Both the position numbers and the translations under genes were made by a program. This document shows, piece by piece, positions 1 through 9,660 of a stretch of 24,201 nt of DNA. The notes beneath the pieces are model-generated. The model saw only the letters and a program-made list of their open reading frames with translations. It made no database searches and had not been told where the DNA came from. How positions within the stretch are numbered: the first letter of the stretch is position 1; the number at the start of each line of letters is the position of its first letter. The DNA is from an uncultured delta proteobacterium (GTDB lineage: Bacteria > Desulfobacterota > Binatia > UBA9968), in assembly GCA_963840855.1 (NCBI GenBank), contig CAWJBB010000052.1, forward strand, positions 1 to 24,201, in the 5' to 3' direction.

Positions 1-3
1 GAG

Positions 4-51
4 TGTTGGGAAACTTTTAAAAGTGCACTGTTTAAAGTTTAAAAGTGCACT
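4..51. repeat. Left terminal inverted repeat with two internal TTTAAAAGTGCACT units
   Basis: TTTAAAAGTGCACT at 16-29 and 38-51, mirrored at the other end. Confidence 0.85.
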
Positions 52-1300
52 TTCTTGAGATCTTCGGCTTTGACTCGTTGCTCTCCCACGAGCTTCTCCT
101 GATACCAGAATCGAATGAGGGCTAACCGGGTTTTAAGGTTAAAGCTGATCCGCAGTTCCACCTCTTCGCGAATAGGAACACCCGCCACGCTGAACTGCAA
201 AGCGTTCCAGGAGACCTTGCGATAAGCATCCACCGTCCTTTTGAAACGGTAACAGAAAATATCATCGAGGGTCTGATAAGGTCGGGGAATTTCAAACCTG
301 CGAAACACGCTTCGATTCTCCCCAAGGGCTTTTTCATAACGACGAACAGGGATTTCCCCGGTGGTGGAGTGAACCCGTTGGTAATTGTACCGATGAATCT
401 CTTCATAGAGGAGCTGGCGAGCTTGATCGAGCTTGGTGATTTCCTCCCGCACACAGGTCCTGACCAGGTGATCCTGCAGCCATTGGTAGGGCCTCTCCAC
501 TTTTCCCTTGGCGGCAGGACTCAAGGCATAAACCACCTCGATGCTTAACTCCTTGAGAACCTCCTTCCACTGAACAACGGCTTGTTCTTCGGTGGTCTCA
601 AATTTCTTCCACACACTGTCTCTTTTCTCCACGTAGCGGAAGATCGAATGATTATCGACATAGTACTTCAACGGACAGCCAAACTGGGTCAGCACGGACC
701 TCTGAGCCACGATATGCGTCCAGGTGGTCTCCTTCTCCCACAGATCCCCGTGCAAAATCCTGCGGCTGTGATCGTCGATAGTCGTGATGAGATACCACTT
801 GGTTTGTGCCAGCGGGGACCACAGATGGTAGGAGGTATCGTGCTGGAGAAGTTCTCCCACATAGTTGGTCAGGACCTCCCGATCATGGACTTTTCGAGAA
901 GGCCTTTGTTCGTAATACCCATTTTTTTCGCCCGACGGATGATGGTTGGCAAAGACACATGGACTTTGTGCTTCTTTTCCAGGATCTCTTTCAAGTAACT
1001 GTAGTTGTAGAACCGCACCGGATTGCGCTTGTCCCCAATGATCTCGGCCTCTTTTTTCAGTTCTTGGGTTATCTTCGCTTCTGCTTTGGCATCGATCTTC
1101 CGAGGAGGTGTCTTCCGGGTATAATCCAAGGAAAAGCTCTCTGGCCTCTCCCGGTAGACCTTCAACAATTTGAAAAACTGACGTCTTCGAATCTTGAGTA
1201 TTGCCGACGCCTGATCGACTCCGATCTGCCGTGATAGATACCTCTGAAAAACTTCCTTTACTTGGTCTGCCGAAAACAGTTTGCGCAGATGCTTGCCCAT
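39..1300 (-). pseudogene. DDE transposase (HTH + integrase core) split by a -1 frameshift at the A7 run (922-928)
   Basis: ORF 869-1300 gives the N-terminal HTH (QIGVDQASAILKIRRRQFFKLLK...VSLPTIIRRAKK). The 39-1358 frame gives the catalytic core (GELLQHDTSYHLW, IDDHSR, YYVDNHSIF, SPAAKGKVERPYQWLQD). Adding one A to GCGAAAAAAATGGG joins them into about 420 aa. The stop lies within the left inverted repeat. Confidence 0.85.
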
Positions 1301-1351
1301 CTTGTCCTCCCTGGCTCAATGGATGATGATGAAAACCCAAAGAAGACAAAT

Positions 1352-1400
1352 AGTGCACTTTTAAAGTTTAAACGAGTGCATTTTTAATTGTTCACTGACA
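1352..1400. repeat. Right terminal inverted repeat
   Basis: AGTGCACTTTTAAAGTTTAAACGAGTGCATTTTTAATTGTTCACTGACA, an imperfect reverse complement of 4-51. Confidence 0.85.
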
Positions 1401-2198
1401 CACGGCAACTCCGGAGCTTATTTGCACGACATCGCGCACGCCTTTGACCGCTTTGGCCATTGTGGCATCGAAGCTCGCCACCTTGCCGCCAAAGACCGGA
1501 CAGCGTTGAACGGTTGCGACGAGCAGCCCTGGAACTTTCACGTCAATCCCGTAGATGCCGCGTCCGGTTACTTTGTCGGGTGTATCGACGCGGGCCACTG
1601 CCTTACCGATATAGCGGAATTGCTCGGGCGACTTGAGCTTCGGCTCTTTCGGCACCGGCTGCTCCGCGGCCTTGGCCGCAAGCTCGCCGTAGGCGAGCTT
1701 CCTGCCCGATGGGCGATGGGTCACTACGTTTTGTTCCGCAAAGCATTCATCCGGAGAGACGCCCCACTGCCTGGCCGCCGCCGAAACCAACATCTCTCTG
1801 GCCGCCGCGCCCGCCCGGCGCCAAAGGGTCAGCATATTGCGAATGCTTCGGCTGCCGTTGGTCGATTGTTCGCCGTCGCGCATCGGGTCGCCGTAGGCCG
1901 GGTCGGCCGGCGCCTGCTCGGTGCGGACTTTCGACCACTCGGCTTCCAATTCATCGGCGATGATCATGGGAATCGACGTCATCACGCCCTGTCCCATCTC
2001 CGACTGGCCGACGATAATGGTGACGGTGCCGTCTCTGGCGATGCGGACCCAGGAATTGAGTTTGGCTTGCTCCGCCGCGCTTGCCGCCACGGCTAGCCCC
2101 ACAGAGCCCGGAACATGAAAACCAAGCAACAAGCCTCCGCCCGCGCTGATGCCTGCTTTGAGAAAACCGCGCCGGCTCAGATTGACGATGGCGTTCAT
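1401..2198 (-). pseudogene. iorB: Isoquinoline 1-oxidoreductase beta-like molybdopterin subunit (xanthine dehydrogenase family), 5' part, interrupted by the IS
   Basis: Start [14 protein letters not shown] (Tat signal) overlaps the upstream stop (ATGA). Motifs SEMGQGVMT, ADELEA, TNGSRSIR, VARVDTPDKVTG. The frame ends at GVAV (266 codons), where the IS end begins, far short of a full IorB. Confidence 0.85.
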
Positions 2199-2665
2199 TT
2201 CGCACCTCCCTGGGCGAGGTTGCCCGCGGCGCGGTGAATCGCGCGCCGGATGCGCTGGTAGGTTCCGCAGCGGCAAATGTTACCCGACATCGCCGCGTCG
2301 ATGTCCGTGTCACTGGGCTTCGGCTTTGCTGCGAGCAGGGCCGCGGCCGAAATGATCTGACCCGACTGGCAGTAGCCGCACTGCGGCACCTCCTCGGCGA
2401 TCCAGGCTTTCTGGAGCGGGTGGCTGCCGCTCGCCGAAAGACCTTCGATGGTGGTGACTCTCTTTCCTTTGACGGATTCAATCGGCGTGATGCAAGAACG
2501 GATCGGTTGGCCATCGACATGGACGGTGCAAGCGCCGCACTGCGCGATGCCGCAGCCGAACTTGGTGCCGGTCAAGCCGAGATTTTCACGGAGCGTCCAG
2601 AGCAGGGGAGTATCGGAATCGACGTCGACCTGATGCTTTTTGCCGTTCACGATGATCGGGATCAT
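2195..2665 (-). CDS. iorA: (2Fe-2S)-binding small subunit, isoquinoline 1-oxidoreductase alpha-like
   Basis: [25 protein letters not shown] and NICRCGTY motifs; GAGGAGG RBS upstream; translationally coupled to iorB. Confidence 0.92.
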   Translation of the reverse strand: MIPIIVNGKKHQVDVDSDTPLLWTLRENLGLTGTKFGCGIAQCGACTVHVDGQPIRSCITPIESVKGKRVTTIEGLSASGSHPLQKAWIAEEVPQCGYCQSGQIISAAALLAAKPKPSDTDIDAAMSGNICRCGTYQRIRRAIHRAAGNLAQGGAK

Positions 2666-2840
2666 GGGGTCCTCCTCATTTATATAAAGTGAACGCGACG
2701 GGTGTGAATTTTTTATATTACAGGTCGGGTATGCGGTCGATATGGTGGCCGGAAGATTTATCTTTGGCGACCGTGTCTTAATTCTTGCGACGAACGCTCA
2801 ACGTTGACAGCTTGTTGCTGCCTTTGATAAACACAAAGGA

Positions 2841-2921
2841 ATCGTTTTCTTGCTCGGCAACGACGGCGATTACATGACCGGCCGGACCTCGCGCGTAAAC
2901 GGCGTCATGGTTCTGTCATGA
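2841..2921 (+). pseudogene. C-terminal remnant of a short-chain dehydrogenase/reductase (SDR)
   Basis: Translates as IVFLLGNDGDYMTGRTSRVNGVMVLS*, matching the SDR C-terminal pattern vFLasd.a.yiTGq.i.VdGG. No upstream part is present. Confidence 0.55.
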
Positions 2922-2980
2922 ATGACAGGACGTCGATGGTAGACCCCGGTGGGGAAAACGAAGCGCGAGGAGAAATCGTC

Positions 2981-3979
2981 ATGCTAGAATCGAATGCTTG
3001 CGCGGCGCGCCCAAAGACGACAAGCGAAGCGTTTTGTCAATACTGGCATCCCGTAGCTAGATCCACGGAGGTCACGGACAAGCCGGTTAAAGTAAGACTA
3101 CTAGATCAGCCATTAGCGCTGTGGCGATCCAACGGACAAATCGCTGCGTTTTACGACCTGTGCATTCACCGTGGTACTCCACTTTCCCTCGGTTGGCTCG
3201 AAAATGGCGAACTGGTCTGTGCTTATCATGGGTGGCGTTACGGACCGAACGGTTCCTGCACGCGCATTCCGTCGCTGCCACCGGATCGCGCGATCCCCGC
3301 CAAAGCGCGGGCAAATTCATTCAAAGCGGCGGAGCGCTACGGACTGATATGGGTGTGCTTGGGTGAACCGAGGACCGGGATCCCGGAATTCCCGCCGGAG
3401 TTCAATGATCCGGCATTTCACTGGGAACCATATTCGACGGAGGGCTTTTGGAAAGCCAACGCCGCGCGCATGCTCGAGAACCTGGCCGACTATTCACACT
3501 TTCCCTGGGTTCATCCGGGCACTCTGGGCGATCCCGCTAACCCGGAATGCGAGCCTATTGCGATAGATACCCTCGACGGCGGCTTCCAGTATGACATCCC
3601 TCAACCGGTGAACCGGTTGCGGCCCGACGCTGGCGCCAGACAAACTTACAAACTCATTCTTCCATTCATCCTGTTCATTCAGCGATGGCAACCCGGCGGC
3701 AGCGAACGTCAGACCAATATTTTTCTTTGCAGTCCGATTTCCAGGAACGAAACAAGATTCTTCAGATTCATGGGGCGCAATTTTGTCGGTCATCTTTCCG
3801 ACGAAGAGCTGAATTCCAGGCATCGTCTCACCTTCGAGCAGGACCGCGCCATCGTTGAATCGCAGCGGCCCGAGGAGTTGCCGCTCGATCTCAGTGAAGA
3901 GTTGCACCTTCGTGGTCCGGATACACCAGCCATAGAGTATCGGCGGCGGCTGCGCGAGTTGGGTATCGACTGGAATTAG
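2981..3979 (+). CDS. Rieske non-heme iron oxygenase alpha subunit (VanA/NdmA-like demethylase type)
   Basis: Rieske motifs CIHRG and CAYHGW; mononuclear Fe motif ENLADYSHFPWVH; C-terminal EQDRAIVESQRP...D...YRR. GAGGAG RBS before ATG 2981 (332 aa). Confidence 0.9.
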   Translation: MLESNACAARPKTTSEAFCQYWHPVARSTEVTDKPVKVRLLDQPLALWRSNGQIAAFYDLCIHRGTPLSLGWLENGELVCAYHGWRYGPNGSCTRIPSLPPDRAIPAKARANSFKAAERYGLIWVCLGEPRTGIPEFPPEFNDPAFHWEPYSTEGFWKANAARMLENLADYSHFPWVHPGTLGDPANPECEPIAIDTLDGGFQYDIPQPVNRLRPDAGARQTYKLILPFILFIQRWQPGGSERQTNIFLCSPISRNETRFFRFMGRNFVGHLSDEELNSRHRLTFEQDRAIVESQRPEELPLDLSEELHLRGPDTPAIEYRRRLRELGIDWN

Positions 3980-4005
3980 CTTTTCAATGACGGCGCCGCT
4001 GCAGG

Positions 4006-4149
4006 TTAAGTTTTGTTTCCGTGGGACTGCACCCAAGCCCGTATTCAGGCGTTGGTTTCCTCCGGCATTTCCCAGAAAAACCCGTGTGACTGGCCTTTGA
4101 TGAGCTTGAATTCGGCTCCCGGAATGCGCTCGGCGAGAACTTGATGCGC
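4006..4149 (-). pseudogene. C-terminal remnant of an alpha/beta hydrolase with an internal stop
   Basis: AHQVLAERIPGAEFKLIKGQSHGFFWEMPEETNA*IRAWVQSHGNKT*, the typical 'laerIPgA...GH...E.Pe' hydrolase C-terminus. TGA at 4047-4045. Confidence 0.65.
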
Positions 4150-4332
4150 GCTTGGTTGCGAAGCTCAAAGAGATTCTGAAATGACGCACGCGTTCTTGGG
4201 CGGATGCTGTTTGGCAAAGGGCACATTGAATGCTGGGCGCAGCCGGTTCAAGTAGTCAAGCCGTCTGAAACAGGAGCGGAGCGATTGAACAGCTTAAACG
4301 TTTTGAATCGTCCAAGTAAGGAGGAAAGCGAA

Positions 4333-5307
4333 ATGAAGTGCAAAGTGAAAACTCTCTCCGCCATGATACTCGTTTGCGCAGTTGCGCTGTGCTCCGGGAT
4401 GACAGCGGCACAGACCTATCCTAGTAAGCCTGTGCGCCTCATCATTCCTTTTCCGCCGGGTGGGAGCAACGACATCGTCGGGCGCTTCATCGCAACTAAA
4501 TTGACCGAACGGCTGGGCAAGCAAGTCGTCGCGGACAACCGCGGCGGGGCGGGAGGAGTCATCGGCACTGAAGCCGCGGCAAAAGCGGAGCCTGATGGTC
4601 ACACCCTTCTCATCATCTCTTCCGCGTACGCGATCAATACCTCCCTGTACAAGCTGCCCTACGATCCGGTCAAAGCCTTTAACCCAATCGCCAAGGTCGG
4701 AACCGGGCCGAACGTTTTCGCCGTCCATCCGGGCGTTCCGGTCAACTCGGTCAAAGAATTCATCGCGCTCGCGAAAGAAAAGCCCGGCCAGCTGAATTTC
4801 GCGTCGGCGGGCGTCGGCAGCTTTCAGCATCTCGGCAGCGAGCTTTTCAAGTCGATGACCGGAGTAGATGTCGGCATCGTCCAGTTCAAAGGCGGCGGCC
4901 CGGCGATGATCGACGTGATCGGTGGTCATACCCATGCGGCGCTTGGCTCCCTCATTCAGTTCATGCCCCATATCAAGTCCGGCAAGGTCAAGGCGCTGGG
5001 CACCGGCGGAGCGAAGCGCAGCGCCTCCTTGCCCGATGTACCGACCATCGCCGAGGCCGGGGTCCCGGGATACGAAGCGAACAACTGGTGGGGCATTATC
5101 GCGCCCGCCGCCACCCCGCGACCCGTTATCGACCGGCTGTACAAGGAGATCTCGGCCATTCTGAGCTCGGCGGATACACAGAAGGTGTTCGGCGACCAGG
5201 GCGCGGAAGTAGACAAACTGGGCCCGGCCGAGTTCGGTCCGTACATCGTCGCCGAAACGGCTAAATGGGGAAAGGTTATCAAAGAAGCCAACATCAAAGC
5301 GGAATAG
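4333..5307 (+). CDS. tctC: Tripartite tricarboxylate transporter substrate-binding protein (Bug/TctC)
   Basis: Signal peptide, then YPSKPVRLIIPFPPGGSNDIVGR, NRGGAGGVIG, FKGGGPAMID, LPDVPTIAEAG. AGGAGG RBS before ATG 4333. Confidence 0.93.
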   Translation: MKCKVKTLSAMILVCAVALCSGMTAAQTYPSKPVRLIIPFPPGGSNDIVGRFIATKLTERLGKQVVADNRGGAGGVIGTEAAAKAEPDGHTLLIISSAYAINTSLYKLPYDPVKAFNPIAKVGTGPNVFAVHPGVPVNSVKEFIALAKEKPGQLNFASAGVGSFQHLGSELFKSMTGVDVGIVQFKGGGPAMIDVIGGHTHAALGSLIQFMPHIKSGKVKALGTGGAKRSASLPDVPTIAEAGVPGYEANNWWGIIAPAATPRPVIDRLYKEISAILSSADTQKVFGDQGAEVDKLGPAEFGPYIVAETAKWGKVIKEANIKAE

Positions 5308-5372
5308 ACGACTCGCACAACGCCGCGACCGAACGCCGGAATATCTCGCGCAAAGACGCAAAGAAGAGGAGA

Positions 5373-5445
5373 CTCATCACGAAGGTCACGAAGTTTAAGA
5401 GAGTAAATTCCGAACCCTTCGTGTCCTTCGTGCCTTCGTGGTGAG
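5373..5445. repeat. REP-like palindromic intergenic repeat (CACGAAG / CTTCGTG units)
   Basis: CTCATCACGAAGGTCACGAAG ... CTTCGTGTCCTTCGTGCCTTCGTGGTGAG forms a long imperfect hairpin, preceded by the tandem CGCAAAGACGCAAAG. Confidence 0.7.
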
Positions 5446-5470
5446 ACCGTATTGTATTTTCATTTCACCA

Positions 5471-5923
5471 ATGAATATCGCGCTGCGCAACAACAAGGAT
5501 TTCTGGGCCGGCATCATGCTGATTGTCTTAGGCGTCGCGTCGATTTTTATTGCCCGTGACTATCCGTTCGGCAGCACGATGCGGATGGGGCCCGGTTATT
5601 TTCCAAGCATGCTCGGCGGAATCCTCGTCCTGTTCGGCATCTACGTGATGATCGTCGGACTGCGCAAGGGCGAGAAGATCGCGGTTCATTGCTCGCTTCG
5701 GGCGGTCATCGTGCTGCCCCTGTCACTCATCGCCTTCGGGGTTTTGATGACACATGCCGGCTTCATACCGGCGATGGCGGTGCTCATCTTCGGGTCGGCA
5801 TCCGCGGGGCGGGAGTTCAAGTTCGTCGAGGTGTTGCTGCTTACCGTTATCTTGACCGGGCTCTCGGTCGCCATATTCATCTGGGGTCTTGCGCTGCCAT
5901 ATCCATTGATCAAAGGCTTCTGA
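5471..5923 (+). CDS. tctB: Tripartite tricarboxylate transporter small membrane subunit TctB
   Basis: KDFWAG, RMGPGYFP motif and about four hydrophobic segments; lies between tctC and tctA. Confidence 0.88.
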   Translation: MNIALRNNKDFWAGIMLIVLGVASIFIARDYPFGSTMRMGPGYFPSMLGGILVLFGIYVMIVGLRKGEKIAVHCSLRAVIVLPLSLIAFGVLMTHAGFIPAMAVLIFGSASAGREFKFVEVLLLTVILTGLSVAIFIWGLALPYPLIKGF

Positions 5924-5933
5924 CACCGTCGCC

Positions 5934-7454
5934 ATGGAACTCTTCAACAATCTGATCTTTGGGTTCAGCGTCGCGCTCTCGCTGCAAAATCTACTCTACT
6001 GTTTCGTCGGCGTGCTGGTGGGTACGTTGATCGGCGTCCTTCCCGGCATCGGGCCGTTGGCGACCATCGCGATGCTCTTGCCGCTCACTTTCAACGTGCC
6101 GCCGGTTGCGGCGATGATCATGCTTGCCGGCATTTACTATGGTGCCATGTACGGTGGCTCGACTACTTCGATCCTGGTCAACCTGCCCGGCGAGACCGCC
6201 GCCGTGGTCACGTGCCTCGACGGCTATCAGATGGCGCGGCAGGGGCGCGCCGGAGCGGCTCTTGCCATCGCGGCAATCGGCTCGTTTTTCGCCGGCACCG
6301 TCTCTACTTTGTTGATCGCGCTGTTCGCCCCGCCGCTCGGCGAGTTCGCGCTGAAGTTCAGCTCAGCGGAGTATTTCTCGCTGATGCTGATGGGTTTGGT
6401 GGCCGCGGCGGTACTCGCCCACGGCGACATGGCGAAGTCCCTCGCCATGGTTGTCGTAGGATTGTTACTCGGCATCGTTGGCGCCGACGTCAATTCGGGG
6501 ATCAAGCGTTTCGCCTTCGGATTTTACGAGCTGGCGGACGGCATCGGGGTCGTGACGATCGCCGTGGGGGTGTTCGCCGTGGGTGAAATCTTGAGCAACT
6601 TGAGCGATCCGGAAGAACGCCAGGTCTTCACCTCCAAGGTGACAAACCTTTTTCCCACAAAGGACGATCTCAAACGCTCTTTCGGCGCGATTGTCAGAGG
6701 CACCGGAGTCGGCGCGTTCTTCGGCGTGCTGCCGGGCACGACGCCGGCGATCGCCTCGTTCTCGTCGTATATGATCGAGAAGAAGCTTAGCAAAGACCCG
6801 TCGCGTTTCGGCCAGGGCGCCATCGAGGGCGTGGCGGGACCCGAGTCCGCCAACAACGCCGACGCGCAGTGCAAGTTTATTCCGATGCTCACCCTGGGGA
6901 TTCCCGCCAGCGGCACGATGGCGCTCATGCTCGGGGCGTTGATGATTTACGGCATTGCGCCCGGCCCGCAGGTGATGACCGATAAGCCCGATCTTTTCTG
7001 GGGGCTGATCGCCAGCATGTGGATCGGCAACGTGATGCTGCTCGTGCTCAACCTGCCGCTAATCGGCATGTGGGTGAGCCTGCTCAAGATGCCCTATCGT
7101 TTGCTCTTCCCCGCGATCATGGCGTTCTCCGCCATCGGCATATATAGCGTCAACAATAGTTCATTCGATATTTATCTCATGGCGATCTTCGGCATCCTCG
7201 GCATCGTCTGGAGGATATTCGATTGCAGCCCGGTGCCGATGATGCTCGGGTTCGTGCTCGGGCCGATGGTCGAAGAAAATCTGCGCCGCACAATGCAGGT
7301 CTCGCGCGGCGATCCCTCGGTGTTCTTCACCCGGCCGATCAGCCTCGGGTTTATCGTCGCCACGATTCTCATCTTGATAGTCATGGCGGCGCCGGCCGTG
7401 CGCAGGTGGTGGGGCGCCGCCGGTGCGTCGTCGCGTGAGAACGCAGCGGAATAA
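5934..7454 (+). CDS. tctA: Tripartite tricarboxylate transporter large permease TctA
   Basis: GTLIGVLPGIGP, YYGAMYGGSTTSILVNLPGE, GVAGPESANNA, PMLTLGIP motifs; 506 aa and hydrophobic. Confidence 0.95.
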   Translation: MELFNNLIFGFSVALSLQNLLYCFVGVLVGTLIGVLPGIGPLATIAMLLPLTFNVPPVAAMIMLAGIYYGAMYGGSTTSILVNLPGETAAVVTCLDGYQMARQGRAGAALAIAAIGSFFAGTVSTLLIALFAPPLGEFALKFSSAEYFSLMLMGLVAAAVLAHGDMAKSLAMVVVGLLLGIVGADVNSGIKRFAFGFYELADGIGVVTIAVGVFAVGEILSNLSDPEERQVFTSKVTNLFPTKDDLKRSFGAIVRGTGVGAFFGVLPGTTPAIASFSSYMIEKKLSKDPSRFGQGAIEGVAGPESANNADAQCKFIPMLTLGIPASGTMALMLGALMIYGIAPGPQVMTDKPDLFWGLIASMWIGNVMLLVLNLPLIGMWVSLLKMPYRLLFPAIMAFSAIGIYSVNNSSFDIYLMAIFGILGIVWRIFDCSPVPMMLGFVLGPMVEENLRRTMQVSRGDPSVFFTRPISLGFIVATILILIVMAAPAVRRWWGAAGASSRENAAE

Positions 7455-7845
7455 AGGAAACGTCTCGCGACTTGTGATCGCCAATCATGACCCTTTTGAT
7501 CGGAGATTTAGAAGCGCCTCAAGGTTAGATAGCACGCCCTCACTCACAACACATGAAAGGACTCCTGACCCCGTTTTTGTTTCCCGCACTGCGCGAAGGC
7601 GCGGCGATCGCGAGCTAGAAATTGTGGAGTTGAATTCAAAAGTGCCCGTGCGGTATGAGCGAAACAAATCAAGAAAGTCTAGAAGTAAACGGCTACCCTT
7701 GATTTCTGTCAGTCCGACATCAGGCAAGTTTTGCGAATCAAACACACTAACCAAATTACCAAAGCCTTGCGCTATTGATCTCCCAATGCCGTTTGACGGC
7801 TCGGCGGCGAAGCGATTATAGAGAAATTGAGAAGGGAGAGGAGCC

Positions 7846-9312
7846 GTGACGATGAAGAATCGCGCCGCGGAGATACACGCCAGCCTGAAACATCCCGTGA
7901 TCGACGGCGACGGCCACTGGCTGGAACCGGTGCCGGTATTTCTAGAGTACTTGTGCGAAGTGGGCGGCGCTCAATCGGTCGACCGCATTAGAGCGCTCTG
8001 GCAGCGCAATCACGCGTGGTACCGTTCCACCTGGTCGCAGCGACAGCACAATCGCACCCGGCGCAGCAACTGGTGGGGCGTCACCAGCAAGACCCTCGAC
8101 AAGGCAACGGCGCTGCTCCCGGCCCTGATGAACGAACGGCTGCCGGAGCTGGGCATAGACTTCGCGTTGATCTATCCGAGCCTCGGACTCGCGCTCAACG
8201 GCATTGCTCAGGATGACCTGCGCCGGGCCGCGGCCCGTGCCTACAACAAAATGACGGCCGACATGTTCGCGCCCTATGCCGCAAGATTTGCCCCGGTGGC
8301 GATCATTCCCGTGCATACGCCGGAGGAAGCCATTGCGGAACTCGAATACGCCGTCGGCAAACTGGGCTACCGGGCGATCATGCTGAAGGGAACCCAGGAG
8401 CGGCCCATCCCGAGCGCGGCGGAAGGCGTCGACGTGAACAAAGCCGCGTGGTACGTCGACACCCTCGCACTCGACAGCCCGCTGGATTACGATCCGTTCT
8501 GGCAGCGCTGCGTCGACCTCGGCGTCGCCGTGACCCAACACTCGGGCAGCGGCCGCTGGCCGGATCGCTGCTCCATCAGCAACTTCACCTACAACCATAT
8601 CGGCCACTTCGCCGCATCGAATCACGCCCTCGCGAAGAGCGTTTTCCTGGGAGGCCTGGTGCGGCGCTACCCGAGCCTCAATTTCGGCTTCATGGAAGGC
8701 GGTGTGAGCTGGGCCTGTCAGTTGTGCGCCGACATGATCGAGCACTGGGAGAAGCGCCGCCCTGCCGGCTTACAAAACCCGAGCGCCACCAGCATCCCCG
8801 AGATGCATCATTTTATCGCCCAGTATGGCGACGCAAGAGTGAAAGCCAATGCGGCCGCGATCATGAACAACCTGGACTTCCTTCGGCCGGAATGCAGCGT
8901 CGAGGAACTCGCGCGGCCGGAGTTTATCACCGACGATTTTGCGGCGTCGGGAATCGAATCGAAAGAGGATATTTGCGCGCTCTTCTCCGCCAACTTCTAC
9001 TTCGGCTGCGAGGCGGACGACCGAACGACCATGTGGGCCTTCGATCCCCGGATGGGCTTTCGGCTGCGGCCGGTGTTCAGCTCAGATTTCACGCATTTCG
9101 ATGTGCCTGATTTCCGCGAGGTGATACCGGAAGCGTTCGAAATGGTCGAGAGGGGCTTCGTCACCGACCAGGATTTCCGCGAGTTCACTTTCACCAATGC
9201 CGCAAGGCTGCACGCGCGCAACAATCCGGACTTCTTCAAGGATACAGTTGTCGAGCAAGCGGTGGCCGATGAGTTGGGCCTGAAGACGGCGTCGCCCGCT
9301 GCGAACGCGTAG
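7846..9312 (+). CDS. Amidohydrolase family protein (amidohydrolase_2 TIM barrel)
   Basis: HPVIDGDGHWLE, FGFMEGGVSW, FYFGCEADD, FSSDFTHFD motifs; GAGGAG RBS before GTG. Confidence 0.88.
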   Translation: MTMKNRAAEIHASLKHPVIDGDGHWLEPVPVFLEYLCEVGGAQSVDRIRALWQRNHAWYRSTWSQRQHNRTRRSNWWGVTSKTLDKATALLPALMNERLPELGIDFALIYPSLGLALNGIAQDDLRRAAARAYNKMTADMFAPYAARFAPVAIIPVHTPEEAIAELEYAVGKLGYRAIMLKGTQERPIPSAAEGVDVNKAAWYVDTLALDSPLDYDPFWQRCVDLGVAVTQHSGSGRWPDRCSISNFTYNHIGHFAASNHALAKSVFLGGLVRRYPSLNFGFMEGGVSWACQLCADMIEHWEKRRPAGLQNPSATSIPEMHHFIAQYGDARVKANAAAIMNNLDFLRPECSVEELARPEFITDDFAASGIESKEDICALFSANFYFGCEADDRTTMWAFDPRMGFRLRPVFSSDFTHFDVPDFREVIPEAFEMVERGFVTDQDFREFTFTNAARLHARNNPDFFKDTVVEQAVADELGLKTASPAANA

Positions 9313-9660
9313 GCGACGATAGAGTAAGGCAGGATCGGACCATTACTTTTTCCGCAATCAAACGCTGAAAGTAAAGATGCGAACATAGTAGCCCAGTGGG
9401 GTGGAATAAGGACCACGGAGCTCGGTCCGTCAAACGAGGTGCGTTGATGATCAGCCCCTTGCGTGGCTGGTATGAATCGTGTCGGGACCAGGGAGCCAAA
9501 GGAAAGTGAAAAGTCGTTTAGGGCAATAATCAATACTCAGTCCTGATCCCCGTTCTCCATTCCTAATATGAAGCCATGCTTGCCGGGGCTTTATTTGTCC
9601 ATCTGGTCAACAACGTTCCAGGACCCGCCCAGGTGGAACCTTAATGAAGGACTTGAGGTC

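Larger units (their letters stand above)
4..1400 (-). mobile_element. Insertion sequence, IS1202/IS481-like DDE element (1397 bp)
   Basis: Imperfect terminal inverted repeats with TGT...ACA ends. Left: TGTTGGGAAACTTTTAAAAGTGCACTGTTTAAAGTTTAAAAGTGCACT (4-51). Right, reverse complement from 1400: TGTCAGTGAACAATTAAAAATGCACTCGTTTAAACTTTAAAAGTGCACT. They enclose an integrase-core transposase, and the element truncates the neighbouring gene exactly at 1400/1401. Confidence 0.9.

Noticed and set aside
1301-1358. N-terminal part of the 439-aa ORF as the real transposase start
   Set aside because: The first ~145 codons have no transposase features. The HTH is in the 869-1300 frame, which has a GGAGG RBS.
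4045-4047. In-frame TGA in the hydrolase remnant as another Sec codon
   Set aside because: It is a helix position likely to be Trp (TGG>TGA) in a fragment lacking its 5' part, with no Cys-type motif.
4294-5361. Long antisense ORFs (also 1422-2096, 7942-8745, 9965-10324, 11767-12027, 12294-13298, 13594-14328, 19644-20360)
   Set aside because: Shadows of well-supported genes on the opposite strand in GC-rich DNA, with no recognisable motifs.
5373-5445. CRISPR array (also considered at 21215-21297)
   Set aside because: The units are 6-9 nt, with no regular repeat-spacer period and no cas genes.
7423-7821. ORFs 7423-7821 (+) and 7485-7754 (-)
   Set aside because: Lower-GC intergenic DNA containing a GACTCCTGACCCC REP-like motif; no RBS or protein features.
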